Under the pieces are notes generated by a model. The model worked only from the letters and a program-made list of their open reading frames with translations, was not told the origin of the DNA and searched no databases. A stretch of 34,523 bases of DNA. Source: Vicinamibacteria bacterium (lineage in GTDB: Bacteria > Acidobacteriota > Vicinamibacteria > Fen-336 > JAGNNV01). Shown piece by piece: positions 18,317 through 26,184 of this stretch (the stretch's first letter is position 1; every line of letters starts with the position of its first letter). Location: the NCBI GenBank assembly GCA_031364765.1, contig JANLWV010000382.1:1-34523 (forward strand), given 5' to 3'. A program made the position numbers and the translations under genes.

Positions 18317-18989
18317 GCGGTCCCGCGTCCGCCGGTCCGAAGCGCCCCGGCGCGCGCTTGTTCGAGAAGTCGGCCACCCGCTTCGCGGCCTCGCTCACCA
18401 ATGGGAACCCGTAGATCGCCGCCGATCCGGCCAGGCGATGCGCCATCTCGTCAAGCGAACCCGCGACCCGGTTGTCCCACCCGTTGTCCCGCAGCGAACT
18501 GGCTGCTTTCTCAATGGCCAGGAGCCTTTCGGGAAGATCCGCGGCGTAGTGCGCCCGGAGGGCCGCGAAGTCCTCCGCGCGCGTTTCATTCATGCGTGAG
18601 TTCTGGTGGCCGTCCCACATTCCCTTTATGGTATCGGCGAGCGTATCCGGATCAAAAGGCTTGGCGATGACCCCGAGTGAGCCAAGTTGCCGGTACTCCA
18701 TGATCTCGTGAGGCTGCACCCGGGCGGTCATGAAGATCACCGGCGTCATGGCGGTTGCGGGCATTTGCCGAAAGGCCTCAAAAGCTCCGTGGCCGTCAAG
18801 GCCGGGCATCATCACGTCGAGCAGGATAAGGTCGGGATCGAACGCTTGGGCGGCTTGAAGTGCTTCTGCTGCGGTCCCACAGGCCTGCACCTCGAAATCC
18901 CCCATGTGGGAGAGGAGCAGCGTCGTCACTTCCTGGATGTCGGTGTCGTCCTCCACCAGGAGGATGCGTTTTAGAGATCTCTTCGTCAT
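18231..18989 (-). CDS. REC-Hpt phosphorelay protein
   Basis: REC (VEDD, LDVMMP, FMTA, KPF) plus Hpt motif AHRLAGSAAIYGF. ATG at 18989 after AGGA. Confidence 0.88.
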   Translation of the reverse strand: MTKRSLKRILLVEDDTDIQEVTTLLLSHMGDFEVQACGTAAEALQAAQAFDPDLILLDVMMPGLDGHGAFEAFRQMPATAMTPVIFMTARVQPHEIMEYRQLGSLGVIAKPFDPDTLADTIKGMWDGHQNSRMNETRAEDFAALRAHYAADLPERLLAIEKAASSLRDNGWDNRVAGSLDEMAHRLAGSAAIYGFPLVSEAAKRVADFSNKRAPGRFGPADAGPLIELVAALSAALQRSAEPKESRPGFPAP

Positions 18990-19088
18990 GGCTTTCCTGC
19001 GCCCCGGGGCCCGTGTTCGACGACGTCTTCTGAGGACGAGAACCACGCAAGCACGGGGTGATCACGGGGGCGCCACCTCAACTCCAAA

Positions 19089-19104
19089 AGCAAAACGCGT
19101 GCCC
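19089..19104 (-). promoter_or_regulatory. sigma54 -24/-12 promoter
   Basis: GGGCACGCGTTTTGCT, upstream of REC-Hpt. Confidence 0.78.
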
Positions 19105-19159
19105 TCCTGACCCGGAGCATCCACGACCACCCACCCTTCGATTTCCACGAGTGGGAGCA

Positions 19160-19175
19160 GGGCACGCCTCTTGCA
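19160..19175 (+). promoter_or_regulatory. sigma54 -24/-12 promoter
   Basis: GGGCACGCCTCTTGCA, upstream of the NarL regulator. Confidence 0.78.
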
Positions 19176-19197
19176 CGCTTGTCGAACGAGGTCTTTT

Positions 19198-19830
19198 ATG
19201 GGCATTCGGGTTTTGCTCGCGGACGATCATGCGGTGGTCCGTAGCGGCGTCAAGCTTCTCCTCGAGATGGAGGGCTTCGAGGTTGTGGGCCAGGCCGCCG
19301 ATGGCCTGGAGGCCGTGAGGCTCGCGCGCGAGTTGACCCCGGAAATCGCCGTCCTGGACCGTTCCATGCCGCTCCTGAACGGGGTCGACGCGGCTCGCGA
19401 GATTCTACAAGTCTCCCCGAAAACCCGACTGATCCTTTTGACCGTGGACACGGATGAGGGCCACCACCTTGAGGCCCTGCGTGCGGGCTTTCGGGGATGC
19501 GTGCTCAAGTCCTACGAGGTCCGCGAGCTGATTCAGGCAATTCGAACCGTGGTGAACGGGGGCACGTACCTTCACCCCGCCCTGTCGCGCGTCGTCGTGG
19601 ACGCCTACATCTCCCGAACCGACCTGCAGCCCGACCTTTTGAGTCCTCGCGAGCGTCAGGTTCTCCAACTCCTCGCCGAGGGAAAGAAGACGCGGGAGGT
19701 GGCCGCGCTCCTGGGCCTCAGCACCAAGACCGCCGAGTCCCACCGTACCCGCCTCATGAAGAAACTCGCCATCAAGGAAACCGCTGGACTCGTCCGCTAC
19801 GCCCTCCGCCAGGGCATGACGCAGCTCTGA
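19198..19830 (+). CDS. NarL/LuxR-family response regulator
   Basis: LADDH...LDRSMP REC domain and LuxR HTH LSPRERQVLQLLAEG...KTAESHR. SD GAGG. Confidence 0.93.
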   Translation: MGIRVLLADDHAVVRSGVKLLLEMEGFEVVGQAADGLEAVRLARELTPEIAVLDRSMPLLNGVDAAREILQVSPKTRLILLTVDTDEGHHLEALRAGFRGCVLKSYEVRELIQAIRTVVNGGTYLHPALSRVVVDAYISRTDLQPDLLSPRERQVLQLLAEGKKTREVAALLGLSTKTAESHRTRLMKKLAIKETAGLVRYALRQGMTQL

Positions 19831-19840
19831 GCGGCGGTGC

Positions 19841-19856
19841 TGGCCGCGATCTTGCT
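19841..19856 (+). promoter_or_regulatory. sigma54 -24/-12 promoter
   Basis: TGGCCGCGATCTTGCT, upstream of the oxidoreductase. Confidence 0.7.
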
Positions 19857-19917
19857 CTTATGAACGATCCGAGCCCGCCAACCCCGGATTTGCTCCGGAA
19901 GATCTCGAGGAGATTCA

Positions 19918-19977
19918 ATGATCCATCGCACCACACCGGACAACACGCCTCCAGGGGGCCGGACGCTTAACCCATGA
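19918..19977 (+). CDS. Candidate 19-aa leader peptide
   Basis: GAGGAG-5nt-ATG; MIHRTTPDNTPPGGRTLNP. Its TGA overlaps the ATG of the oxidoreductase (ATGA). Confidence 0.35.
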   Translation: MIHRTTPDNTPPGGRTLNP

Positions 19978-20993
19978 CAAGCGTGAATCGACAGATCAGG
20001 CTCGCTTCACGGCCGGTGGGTTTCCCCACGGCGTCTGACTTCCAACTCGCCGAATCGCCGATGCGCTGGCCGGCTCGCGGGCAGCTCCTCGTCCAGACCC
20101 TCTATCTGTCGGTTGATCCCTACATGCGGGGGCGCATGAGCGCCGCCGACTCCTCTGCGCCTCCGCTTTCGATTGGCGAGGTGATGCCCGGCGGAGCGGT
20201 GGGTCGGGTCCTCGAGTCGGCGGATCCGCAGTTCGCGGTGGGGGATGTCGTCCAGGGGATGCTCGGGTGGCAGGACTATTCCGTCGTCAACGGAAGCGAG
20301 CTGCGCGCGATCGACCCCAGTCTCGCCCCGATTCAGACAGCTCTCGGAGTGCTGGGTCTGCCCGGCCTCACCGCCTACTTCGGCCTGATCGACGTCTGTC
20401 ACCCGAAGGCAGGCCAAACTGTCGTGGTGTCCGGAGCAGCCGGCGCGGTTGGAATGCTCGCCGGGCAGATCGCCGTGATCATGGGCTGCCGCGTGGTGGG
20501 AATCGCGGGGTCCGACTCCAAAGTCGAGTTCCTGCAACGCGAGCTCGGCTTCGATGGGGCATTCAACTATAAGACCACGACCGACTACGTCGAAACGCTC
20601 AAGACGCTTTGTCCCGAGGGCATCGACATCTACTTCGACACCGTGGGGGGCGCCATCAGCGATGCGGTCCTGCGGCTCATCAACGTGAAGGCGCGAATCT
20701 CCGTCTGCGGGCAGAGCTCGCAGTACAACCTGGAGCAGCCCGAGCCCGGGCCTCGATGGTTTTCTCAGGTGGTCCTCAAACGGGCCCGGGTGCAGGGCTT
20801 TCTGGTTTCGGACTATCAGGACCGTTTCTCCGAAGGGTTGCAGGGAATGGGGCATTGGCTGAGGCTGGGAAAGCTCAAGCATCCCGAAGATGTCGTCCAC
20901 GGTCTAGAAAATGCTCCTCAAGCTTTCATCGGGATGCTGCATGGGAAAAACCTCGGAAAGCAACTGGTGCAGGTATCGGACTGGAGGGCTTGA
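19974..20993 (+). CDS. NADP-dependent oxidoreductase (CurA/YncB, PTGR-like MDR)
   Basis: LSVDPYMRGRM, GLPGLTAYFGL, VSGAAGAVG, GLENAP.AF and GKNLGK. Confidence 0.93.
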   Translation: MTSVNRQIRLASRPVGFPTASDFQLAESPMRWPARGQLLVQTLYLSVDPYMRGRMSAADSSAPPLSIGEVMPGGAVGRVLESADPQFAVGDVVQGMLGWQDYSVVNGSELRAIDPSLAPIQTALGVLGLPGLTAYFGLIDVCHPKAGQTVVVSGAAGAVGMLAGQIAVIMGCRVVGIAGSDSKVEFLQRELGFDGAFNYKTTTDYVETLKTLCPEGIDIYFDTVGGAISDAVLRLINVKARISVCGQSSQYNLEQPEPGPRWFSQVVLKRARVQGFLVSDYQDRFSEGLQGMGHWLRLGKLKHPEDVVHGLENAPQAFIGMLHGKNLGKQLVQVSDWRA

Positions 20994-21073
20994 AGGGCCC
21001 GTAATGAGACGAAGGCCGGCCGAGCCGTTTCTACATTCCTCCGCTCCGGGGCAAGCGCGAGTCGGCGTGTTCG

Positions 21074-21089
21074 TGGCCCGCGTCTTGCT
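21074..21089 (+). promoter_or_regulatory. sigma54 -24/-12 promoter
   Basis: TGGCCCGCGTCTTGCT, upstream of ATG 21160. Confidence 0.75.
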
Positions 21090-21159
21090 GGTCACGGTGG
21101 AGTAGAAATTGTTGATTGTCGTTATTGCCGTAATCAAAATGGAAACTTGAGGGTTTGAA

Positions 21160-22566
21160 ATGATTCTGAATAGCAAGATGTCATGGTTGTCGGCAGCGGG
21201 GCTCGGCGCTCTGCTCGTGGCCGGGTCCGCCGTTCCAGGCATGAGTCAGGGGGCCTCCGGTCTGTACGGCGCGGGAGACCGGAGGTTGGAAGGGCAGCGT
21301 TTCACGACCATGCGCGCCCTGGCCCACCGGCTTGATGAAGCGGCGCAGCAGGCCGCACGTACTGCGGGCGACACCGCGCAACCGCGCAACGGCCGGATGC
21401 GGCAGCGCTTTTTGTCGGCGGTCAACGACTTCGCCCGCCAGGCGCGTTCGTTTCACGAGCGCCTCGATCAGTACGGAAACTCACCCTGGGATGTGGCCGA
21501 TGAAGTGGCCGCTCTCAATCAGCGTGCTCGCCAGGTCAGCGCTCAGATCCGCGCCGCGAACGCATTTCGTGAAACGTATGAAGACTGGACGCAGGCTGAG
21601 GAAGCGCTCAACCTCATGAACCGTTTGCTGCGCGGGGAGAACGTGTCTATTCCGGCCCAGGGTACTCGTACCTACCAACCTTTCGACGAGCATTACCGGT
21701 ACAGCGATGGGGGGCATCTTGAAGGCTTCGGAGACTCCGCGGTTCCAGCTCCGTACGATCAGCGTGACGCCCGGCCTCGCGATCTGGTGGCCCTCCAGGA
21801 CGATCTCAGGCTTCTGGACGACAGCATGAGCGCCCTCCAAACGAGGGATCCGCGGTATCAGGAATTTCAGCGCCGGGCCGAGGTCATCCGGCGTGACGTC
21901 AGCGTGCTCGCGGACGGGATACGCCAGCGCGGGCAGGCCGGTGGTCAAGGTTACGGAGGTGGGCGGAGGGAGGTCATTGCTCTTCGCCTGAACATTGCGG
22001 CGCTTCGCTCCGACGTGGAGAACACCCAGAGCAGCCGCGTCGGCCAGGGATATGGCGCGTTTCTCATCCCCGCCGGAACTGAAATGCAAGTGATGCTGAA
22101 TCAGGATCTGTCGTCCCGGTCGGCCAATCTGGAGGATCGCATCGAGGCCTCGACGGTAACTGCGTTGCAACTGAATGGCCGCACGGTGATTCCCGCGGGA
22201 GCGACCGTATCGGGTTTCGTGAGCGAAGTCCGCTCGAAAAATCGGGGCCAGCAGGACGACTGGCTGAAGCTGGACTTCAATAGCCTGGCGGTCGAAGGCG
22301 GTCCGCGAACGAACATCCGCTCGCGCGTCGTGTCGGTATCGGCGGAGCGCTCGGGGAACCACACCCTGCGGAACGGGGGCATCGGCGCGCTCCTGGGCGG
22401 CGTGCTCGGCGGGATCATAGACGGCAAGAAGGGCGCCTTGATCGGCGCGGCCGTGGGCGCGGGCGGCGGCATCCTCGCGAGTCAGGGCAAGGACGATGTC
22501 GAGTTGCCCGAAGGAACGCTTATCACGCTTCGGCTCGATGGGCCGATAAACGTCGCGCGGCGGTAG
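21160..22566 (+). CDS. Secreted protein: helical N-terminal domains plus TrbI/VirB10-like domain with glycine zipper
   Basis: Signal peptide; IPAGT...LSS...IPAG.V.G.V, glycine zipper GALLGGVLGG..GKKGALIGAAVGAGGG, and VELPEGT. Confidence 0.7.
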   Translation: MILNSKMSWLSAAGLGALLVAGSAVPGMSQGASGLYGAGDRRLEGQRFTTMRALAHRLDEAAQQAARTAGDTAQPRNGRMRQRFLSAVNDFARQARSFHERLDQYGNSPWDVADEVAALNQRARQVSAQIRAANAFRETYEDWTQAEEALNLMNRLLRGENVSIPAQGTRTYQPFDEHYRYSDGGHLEGFGDSAVPAPYDQRDARPRDLVALQDDLRLLDDSMSALQTRDPRYQEFQRRAEVIRRDVSVLADGIRQRGQAGGQGYGGGRREVIALRLNIAALRSDVENTQSSRVGQGYGAFLIPAGTEMQVMLNQDLSSRSANLEDRIEASTVTALQLNGRTVIPAGATVSGFVSEVRSKNRGQQDDWLKLDFNSLAVEGGPRTNIRSRVVSVSAERSGNHTLRNGGIGALLGGVLGGIIDGKKGALIGAAVGAGGGILASQGKDDVELPEGTLITLRLDGPINVARR

Positions 22567-22588
22567 CCGCCGGCGACGCCCTCGCACT

Positions 22589-22624
22589 GTCGCGGTGAGA
22601 CTCCTCTCGGGACCTCACCGCGAC
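22589..22624. terminator. Hairpin between convergent genes
   Basis: GTCGCGGTGAG...CTCACCGCGAC 11-bp stem followed by TCTTCCTT. Confidence 0.55.
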
Positions 22625-22638
22625 TCTTCCTTAAACTC

Positions 22639-23175
22639 TTACTTCTCGTCGGTCTCGATAGTGGAGGCCACGTGTCGCGCCCCGACGCAGCTGTACGCGG
22701 TCTCGATGGCCACGAGCTTGAGATCCAGACTCGTGGTCTTCCCACTGAGAAGGACCACGCCATTGTCGACCGAATCCACCTTGATTCCGTCGAGGCTCTT
22801 GTTGTTCTTCAGAGCGGTCTCGACGGCTTTCCTGACCTCTTTGTCCGAGGCCTTTACGGCCTTCTTCCGAAGTTCAGGAACGACCTGAACAAGGTTCCGA
22901 ACCCCCGTCACGCCATCGATCGTCCGTACGGTGGCTTCCGCCTTATCCTTCACGGCCTGGCTCTCCACCTTGCCGTGGAGCGTGATCCTTCCCTTCTCCG
23001 TGTCGACTTTCACGTCCATCCGGCCTGCGCCGTCGGTGGTGAGGAGCGAGATCCTGGCCTTTGTCGTGATCCACGTGTCAGACGTTGCCGCGTAGGTCGA
23101 ACAAGCCGCCAGGGTTGACACCAGGACGACACCGCAGAAGGCGAAGCCCAGCTTTCCGTTTGAGTTCATGTGCAT
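22639..23175 (-). CDS. Dual BON-domain (OsmY-like) lipoprotein; start uncertain
   Basis: Lipobox LAAC, SDTWITTK..., ITLHGKV, GVTGVRNL, and a second BON domain GVVLLSG. Confidence 0.85.
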   Translation of the reverse strand: MHMNSNGKLGFAFCGVVLVSTLAACSTYAATSDTWITTKARISLLTTDGAGRMDVKVDTEKGRITLHGKVESQAVKDKAEATVRTIDGVTGVRNLVQVVPELRKKAVKASDKEVRKAVETALKNNKSLDGIKVDSVDNGVVLLSGKTTSLDLKLVAIETAYSCVGARHVASTIETDEK

Positions 23176-23267
23176 GTTTTTCCATGGAGCGCCTCCACAT
23201 CCGCCATTCGGACGCAGCCTTTCGGTGCGGCGCTCATCCGAGACTTCGGGGAGCAACCTCCGTGCCA

Positions 23268-23504
23268 TCACCTCTCGCTCTTCTTGTTGCCCTCCGCTTC
23301 GCGGGCTCGAGATCCCCAATGATTTTCACCCTCCTCTTGCGACTCGACCGTGGCGGCGGAAACACCACCTTCATCGGCGAGCGATGCGGAGCGATCCTGA
23401 TCAAGCTCGTTCAGCCCGTCTGTTTTGGGTGGCGCGCCGCGCTTTGGGCCTGCCTCGTTCGCGCGCCCGCCCGCGACTCGGGGCCCTGAGTTCGGTGGGC
23501 TCAT
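23268..23504 (-). CDS. Small hydrophilic hypothetical protein (78 aa)
   Basis: Its ATG overlaps the csbD stop (ATGA) and it fills the gap between csbD and BON. Contains DQDRSASLADEGG. Confidence 0.5.
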   Translation of the reverse strand: MSPPNSGPRVAGGRANEAGPKRGAPPKTDGLNELDQDRSASLADEGGVSAATVESQEEGENHWGSRAREAEGNKKSER

Positions 23505-23668
23505 TTCATCGCGTCCCTGACCTTGTCGATCACCTTCTCGCTCGTCTTCTTGGCCTTTCCAACCTTTTGATCGAGGCGGCCCTCCCGTTTCAGCTTCGCG
23601 TCGCCGGTCAGTGCTCCTGCGGCTTCCTTGACGCGCCCCTTGAGTTCGTCCGTCTTTCCGCTCGTCAT
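23501..23668 (-). CDS. csbD: CsbD-family stress protein
   Basis: DELKGRVKEAAGALTGDAKLKREGRLDQKVGK signature. Confidence 0.92.
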   Translation of the reverse strand: MTSGKTDELKGRVKEAAGALTGDAKLKREGRLDQKVGKAKKTSEKVIDKVRDAMK

Positions 23669-23765
23669 TTCGATTTCCACCTTTTCCAGAGTTGTCTGCC
23701 TTGTTCTTAAAGAGGGGCCGCCGACTTGAGAGCCGAAGATGAGGTCGGGACCGAAGACGGAATGC

Positions 23766-23781
23766 AGCAAGAGGCGGGCCA
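23766..23781 (-). promoter_or_regulatory. sigma54 -24/-12 promoter
   Basis: TGGCCCGCCTCTTGCT, upstream of csbD. Confidence 0.78.
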
Positions 23782-23983
23782 GGATCAAAGGAAGCCGGAG
23801 CTGCCTCCAAACGCCAGGCACGCGCGAACCTTGCCTTCGGGTTTCCGCACACCTCAAGTTCGTTCGCCAGATAGCGGCACTTTGTAGAAACGACGGGACT
23901 TGCGTCCTCCCGGCGATGGTTGCGATTCGGTCGCGCAGAATCCCTGCTTGCTCGTTGAGGGTTTTCCCGCAAAGGTTCCTCTC

Positions 23984-23999
23984 GCGCATGATTCTTGCT
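23984..23999 (+). promoter_or_regulatory. Degenerate sigma54-like promoter (GG replaced by CG)
   Basis: GCGCATGATTCTTGCT, just upstream of ATG 24013. The -12 element and spacing are correct but the -24 GG is broken. Confidence 0.4.
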
Positions 24000-24012
24000 C
24001 CCTTGCTTTCAA

Positions 24013-24816
24013 ATGACTCGCTCCAAGCCGTCCGCTGTGAAACCAGCCCCCCTACCGCAGTGGTTCGGCTGGCCTCGTCCCGTTGTTGCGATCCTCGCCT
24101 TGATACCTGTCGTTCTGAGTACCGTCGCCGCGGCCCAGGAGAAGGCGGCCGAGGCCCTGACCCAGGCCGGCTACGGTGACCTCAAACCCTTCTCGTTGTC
24201 GGACCTCGGCCACGCACTGCTCTGCATGGTGGTGGCCGCCGCGCTGGGGACGCTGCTGGCCTTCAGGCCGCGCCGGGCCGGGGGGCCGCCGCGCGTCGTC
24301 CACGTCACCCAGGCGCAGATCATGATGGCGATCGTCGGCGCCCTGGTCATGCTGATCGTGGGTGCGAGTCTCGCGCGGGCGTTCGCCATCGCCGGTACGG
24401 CTGGCCTGGTGCGTTACCGAGCCAAGATCGATGATCCCAAAGACGCGAGCGTCATGCTCTCGTGCCTGGCCATCGGCCTCGCCTCCGGGGTCGGGCTCCT
24501 CTACTTGGCTGCCGCGGGCGCCCTATTTATCGTGGGCGTCCTGTGGGCCCTGGAATGGCGCGAGCCTTGGCCCGCGAAGAAGTTCGATCTCACGGTCGCG
24601 GCCAAGGCCCCGGCCGCCCTGAAAACGCAGGTCGAGGCGCTGCTGACCAGGCACCGCATCAAGTATGAGCTTCGGGAATCGACCGAAAAACACATCGCCT
24701 ACGTCGCCGAGGTGCCGCAGGGCAAGCGGACCGACCGGATCTCGGAAGCGATCTCGGCGCTCAACGGAGCCGAGGCGGTTGAGGTCGTCTGGGACGAGAA
24801 GAAAGCGCCCAAGTGA
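24013..24816 (+). CDS. DUF4956/MgtC-like membrane protein
   Basis: IVGASLARAFAIAGTAGLVRYRAKIDDPKD...AIGLASGVG motif, several TM helices and a C-terminal ACT-like domain. Confidence 0.75.
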   Translation: MTRSKPSAVKPAPLPQWFGWPRPVVAILALIPVVLSTVAAAQEKAAEALTQAGYGDLKPFSLSDLGHALLCMVVAAALGTLLAFRPRRAGGPPRVVHVTQAQIMMAIVGALVMLIVGASLARAFAIAGTAGLVRYRAKIDDPKDASVMLSCLAIGLASGVGLLYLAAAGALFIVGVLWALEWREPWPAKKFDLTVAAKAPAALKTQVEALLTRHRIKYELRESTEKHIAYVAEVPQGKRTDRISEAISALNGAEAVEVVWDEKKAPK

Positions 24817-26168
24817 GTCTTATCGTAGAGCCGGACGATGGCATCGGCCCGATCATCTCCGCCATCAACAAGGCGAAGACCGGCATCGACATCGGGATCT
24901 TTCGTCTGGACCGGGGCGACATCGCCAAAGCGCTCCGGGCCGCGGTCGCGAGGGGTGTGGCCGTGCGCACCCTCATCGCCCACACGAATCGCGGGGGGGA
25001 CAAGCGGCTTCGCAAACTAGAGCACGATCTGCTGAAGACCGGGGCGAGCGTGCGCCGCACCGACGACGATCTCCATCGCTATCACAACAAGATCATGATC
25101 GTGGATCGCGCCACTCTCTTCGTGCTCGGTTTCAACTACACCGCCCTCGATGTGAACAAGAGCCGGAGCTTTGGTCTCGTCACTAGAAAACGCGAACTCG
25201 TCCAGGCGGCGATCAAGCTATTCGAGGCCGATTCCTTGCGTCTGCCCTACTCCGCCGGCCCGAAGGCGTTTCTCGTCAGTCCGGTCAATGCCCGGGAACG
25301 GCTCGCCATCTTTCTGCGCGGCGCGCGAAAACATCTCCTCGTATACGACCCCAAACTCACCGACCCCATGATGATCCGCATTCTGCACGAGCGCAGGGCG
25401 GCGGGAGTCAGCGTTCGCATCTTGGGCACCCTGGGCAAACGGGGGGCCGGTCTCACCGCAGAAGGGTTCCCCGGGCGAAGGCTTCACGTACGGGCGATCG
25501 TCCGGGATGGGCAGCAGGCCTTCATGGGCAGCCAGGGTCTTCGGAAACTCGAGCTCGATGGCCGGCGGGAAGTGGGAATGATCGTCAACGATCCGAAGGT
25601 TGTGGCTCGTATGGCCGCGATCTTCGAAAGCGACTGGGCTCTGACCGACCGGGCCAAGAAGGACATCACCGACGCCAAGAAGGACAAAAAGGCGGTAGCC
25701 AAGATCGAAGCCGCGACCACGGCCGAGGTCAAGGCCGAGGTCAAAGCCGTAGCCGAAGCCAAGACTGAAGCGAAAGCCGAGGCAAAGGCGGAAGCGAAAG
25801 CTGAAGCCAAGGTCGAAGCGAAGGCGGAGAAGAAAGAAGCCAAGTCCGAAGCCAAGATCGAGGCGAAAGCCGAAGCAAAGGCGGAAGCCAAGGTCGAAGC
25901 GAAGGCGGAGGAGAAGGAAGCGAGGTCCGAAGCCAAGAGGGAAGCGAAAGCCGAAGCCAAGTCAGAAGCCAAGGTCGAGGCCAAGGCGGAAGCCAAGGCG
26001 GAAGAGAAGGAAGCCAAGGCGGAAAAGAAAGAGGCCAAGGCGGAAAAGAAGGAAGCCAAGGTCGAGGCCAAGGCGGAGAAGAAGGAAGCCAAAGCCGAGG
26101 CGAAGGCGGAGAAGAAAGAAGCCAAGGCCGAGGCCAAGGCCGAAGAGAAGGCAGCAGCCCACGCATAA
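24813..26168 (+). CDS. Phospholipase D-superfamily protein with long Ala/Glu/Lys tail
   Basis: HNKIMIVD and variant HVRAIVRD...GSQ...RREVG motifs; GTGA overlap with the upstream gene. Confidence 0.85.
   Translation: MSLIVEPDDGIGPIISAINKAKTGIDIGIFRLDRGDIAKALRAAVARGVAVRTLIAHTNRGGDKRLRKLEHDLLKTGASVRRTDDDLHRYHNKIMIVDRATLFVLGFNYTALDVNKSRSFGLVTRKRELVQAAIKLFEADSLRLPYSAGPKAFLVSPVNARERLAIFLRGARKHLLVYDPKLTDPMMIRILHERRAAGVSVRILGTLGKRGAGLTAEGFPGRRLHVRAIVRDGQQAFMGSQGLRKLELDGRREVGMIVNDPKVVARMAAIFESDWALTDRAKKDITDAKKDKKAVAKIEAATTAEVKAEVKAVAEAKTEAKAEAKAEAKAEAKVEAKAEKKEAKSEAKIEAKAEAKAEAKVEAKAEEKEARSEAKREAKAEAKSEAKVEAKAEAKAEEKEAKAEKKEAKAEKKEAKVEAKAEKKEAKAEAKAEKKEAKAEAKAEEKAAAHA
25720..26150 (+). repeat. Coding low-complexity repeat (AEAK/VEAK/AEKKEAK)n
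   Basis: Degenerate 12- and 21-bp units such as GCCGAGGCCAAG and GCGGAGAAGAAAGAAGCCAAG. Confidence 0.9.
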
Positions 26169-26184
26169 GCAGACAGGCGGAACC

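Noticed and set aside
21101-21180. AT-rich patch with an IHF-like sequence (AATCAACAATTTC on the minus strand)
   Set aside because: It mismatches the consensus and lies downstream of the promoter rather than between enhancer and promoter; more simply an unstructured 5' UTR.
22060-22566. VirB10-like domain as evidence of a type IV secretion or conjugative element
   Set aside because: No VirB4, VirD4, relaxase or other T4SS genes are present.
25720-26150. Repeat array considered as CRISPR or a non-coding tandem repeat
   Set aside because: No constant repeat with unique spacers; variation is at synonymous codon positions; no cas genes.
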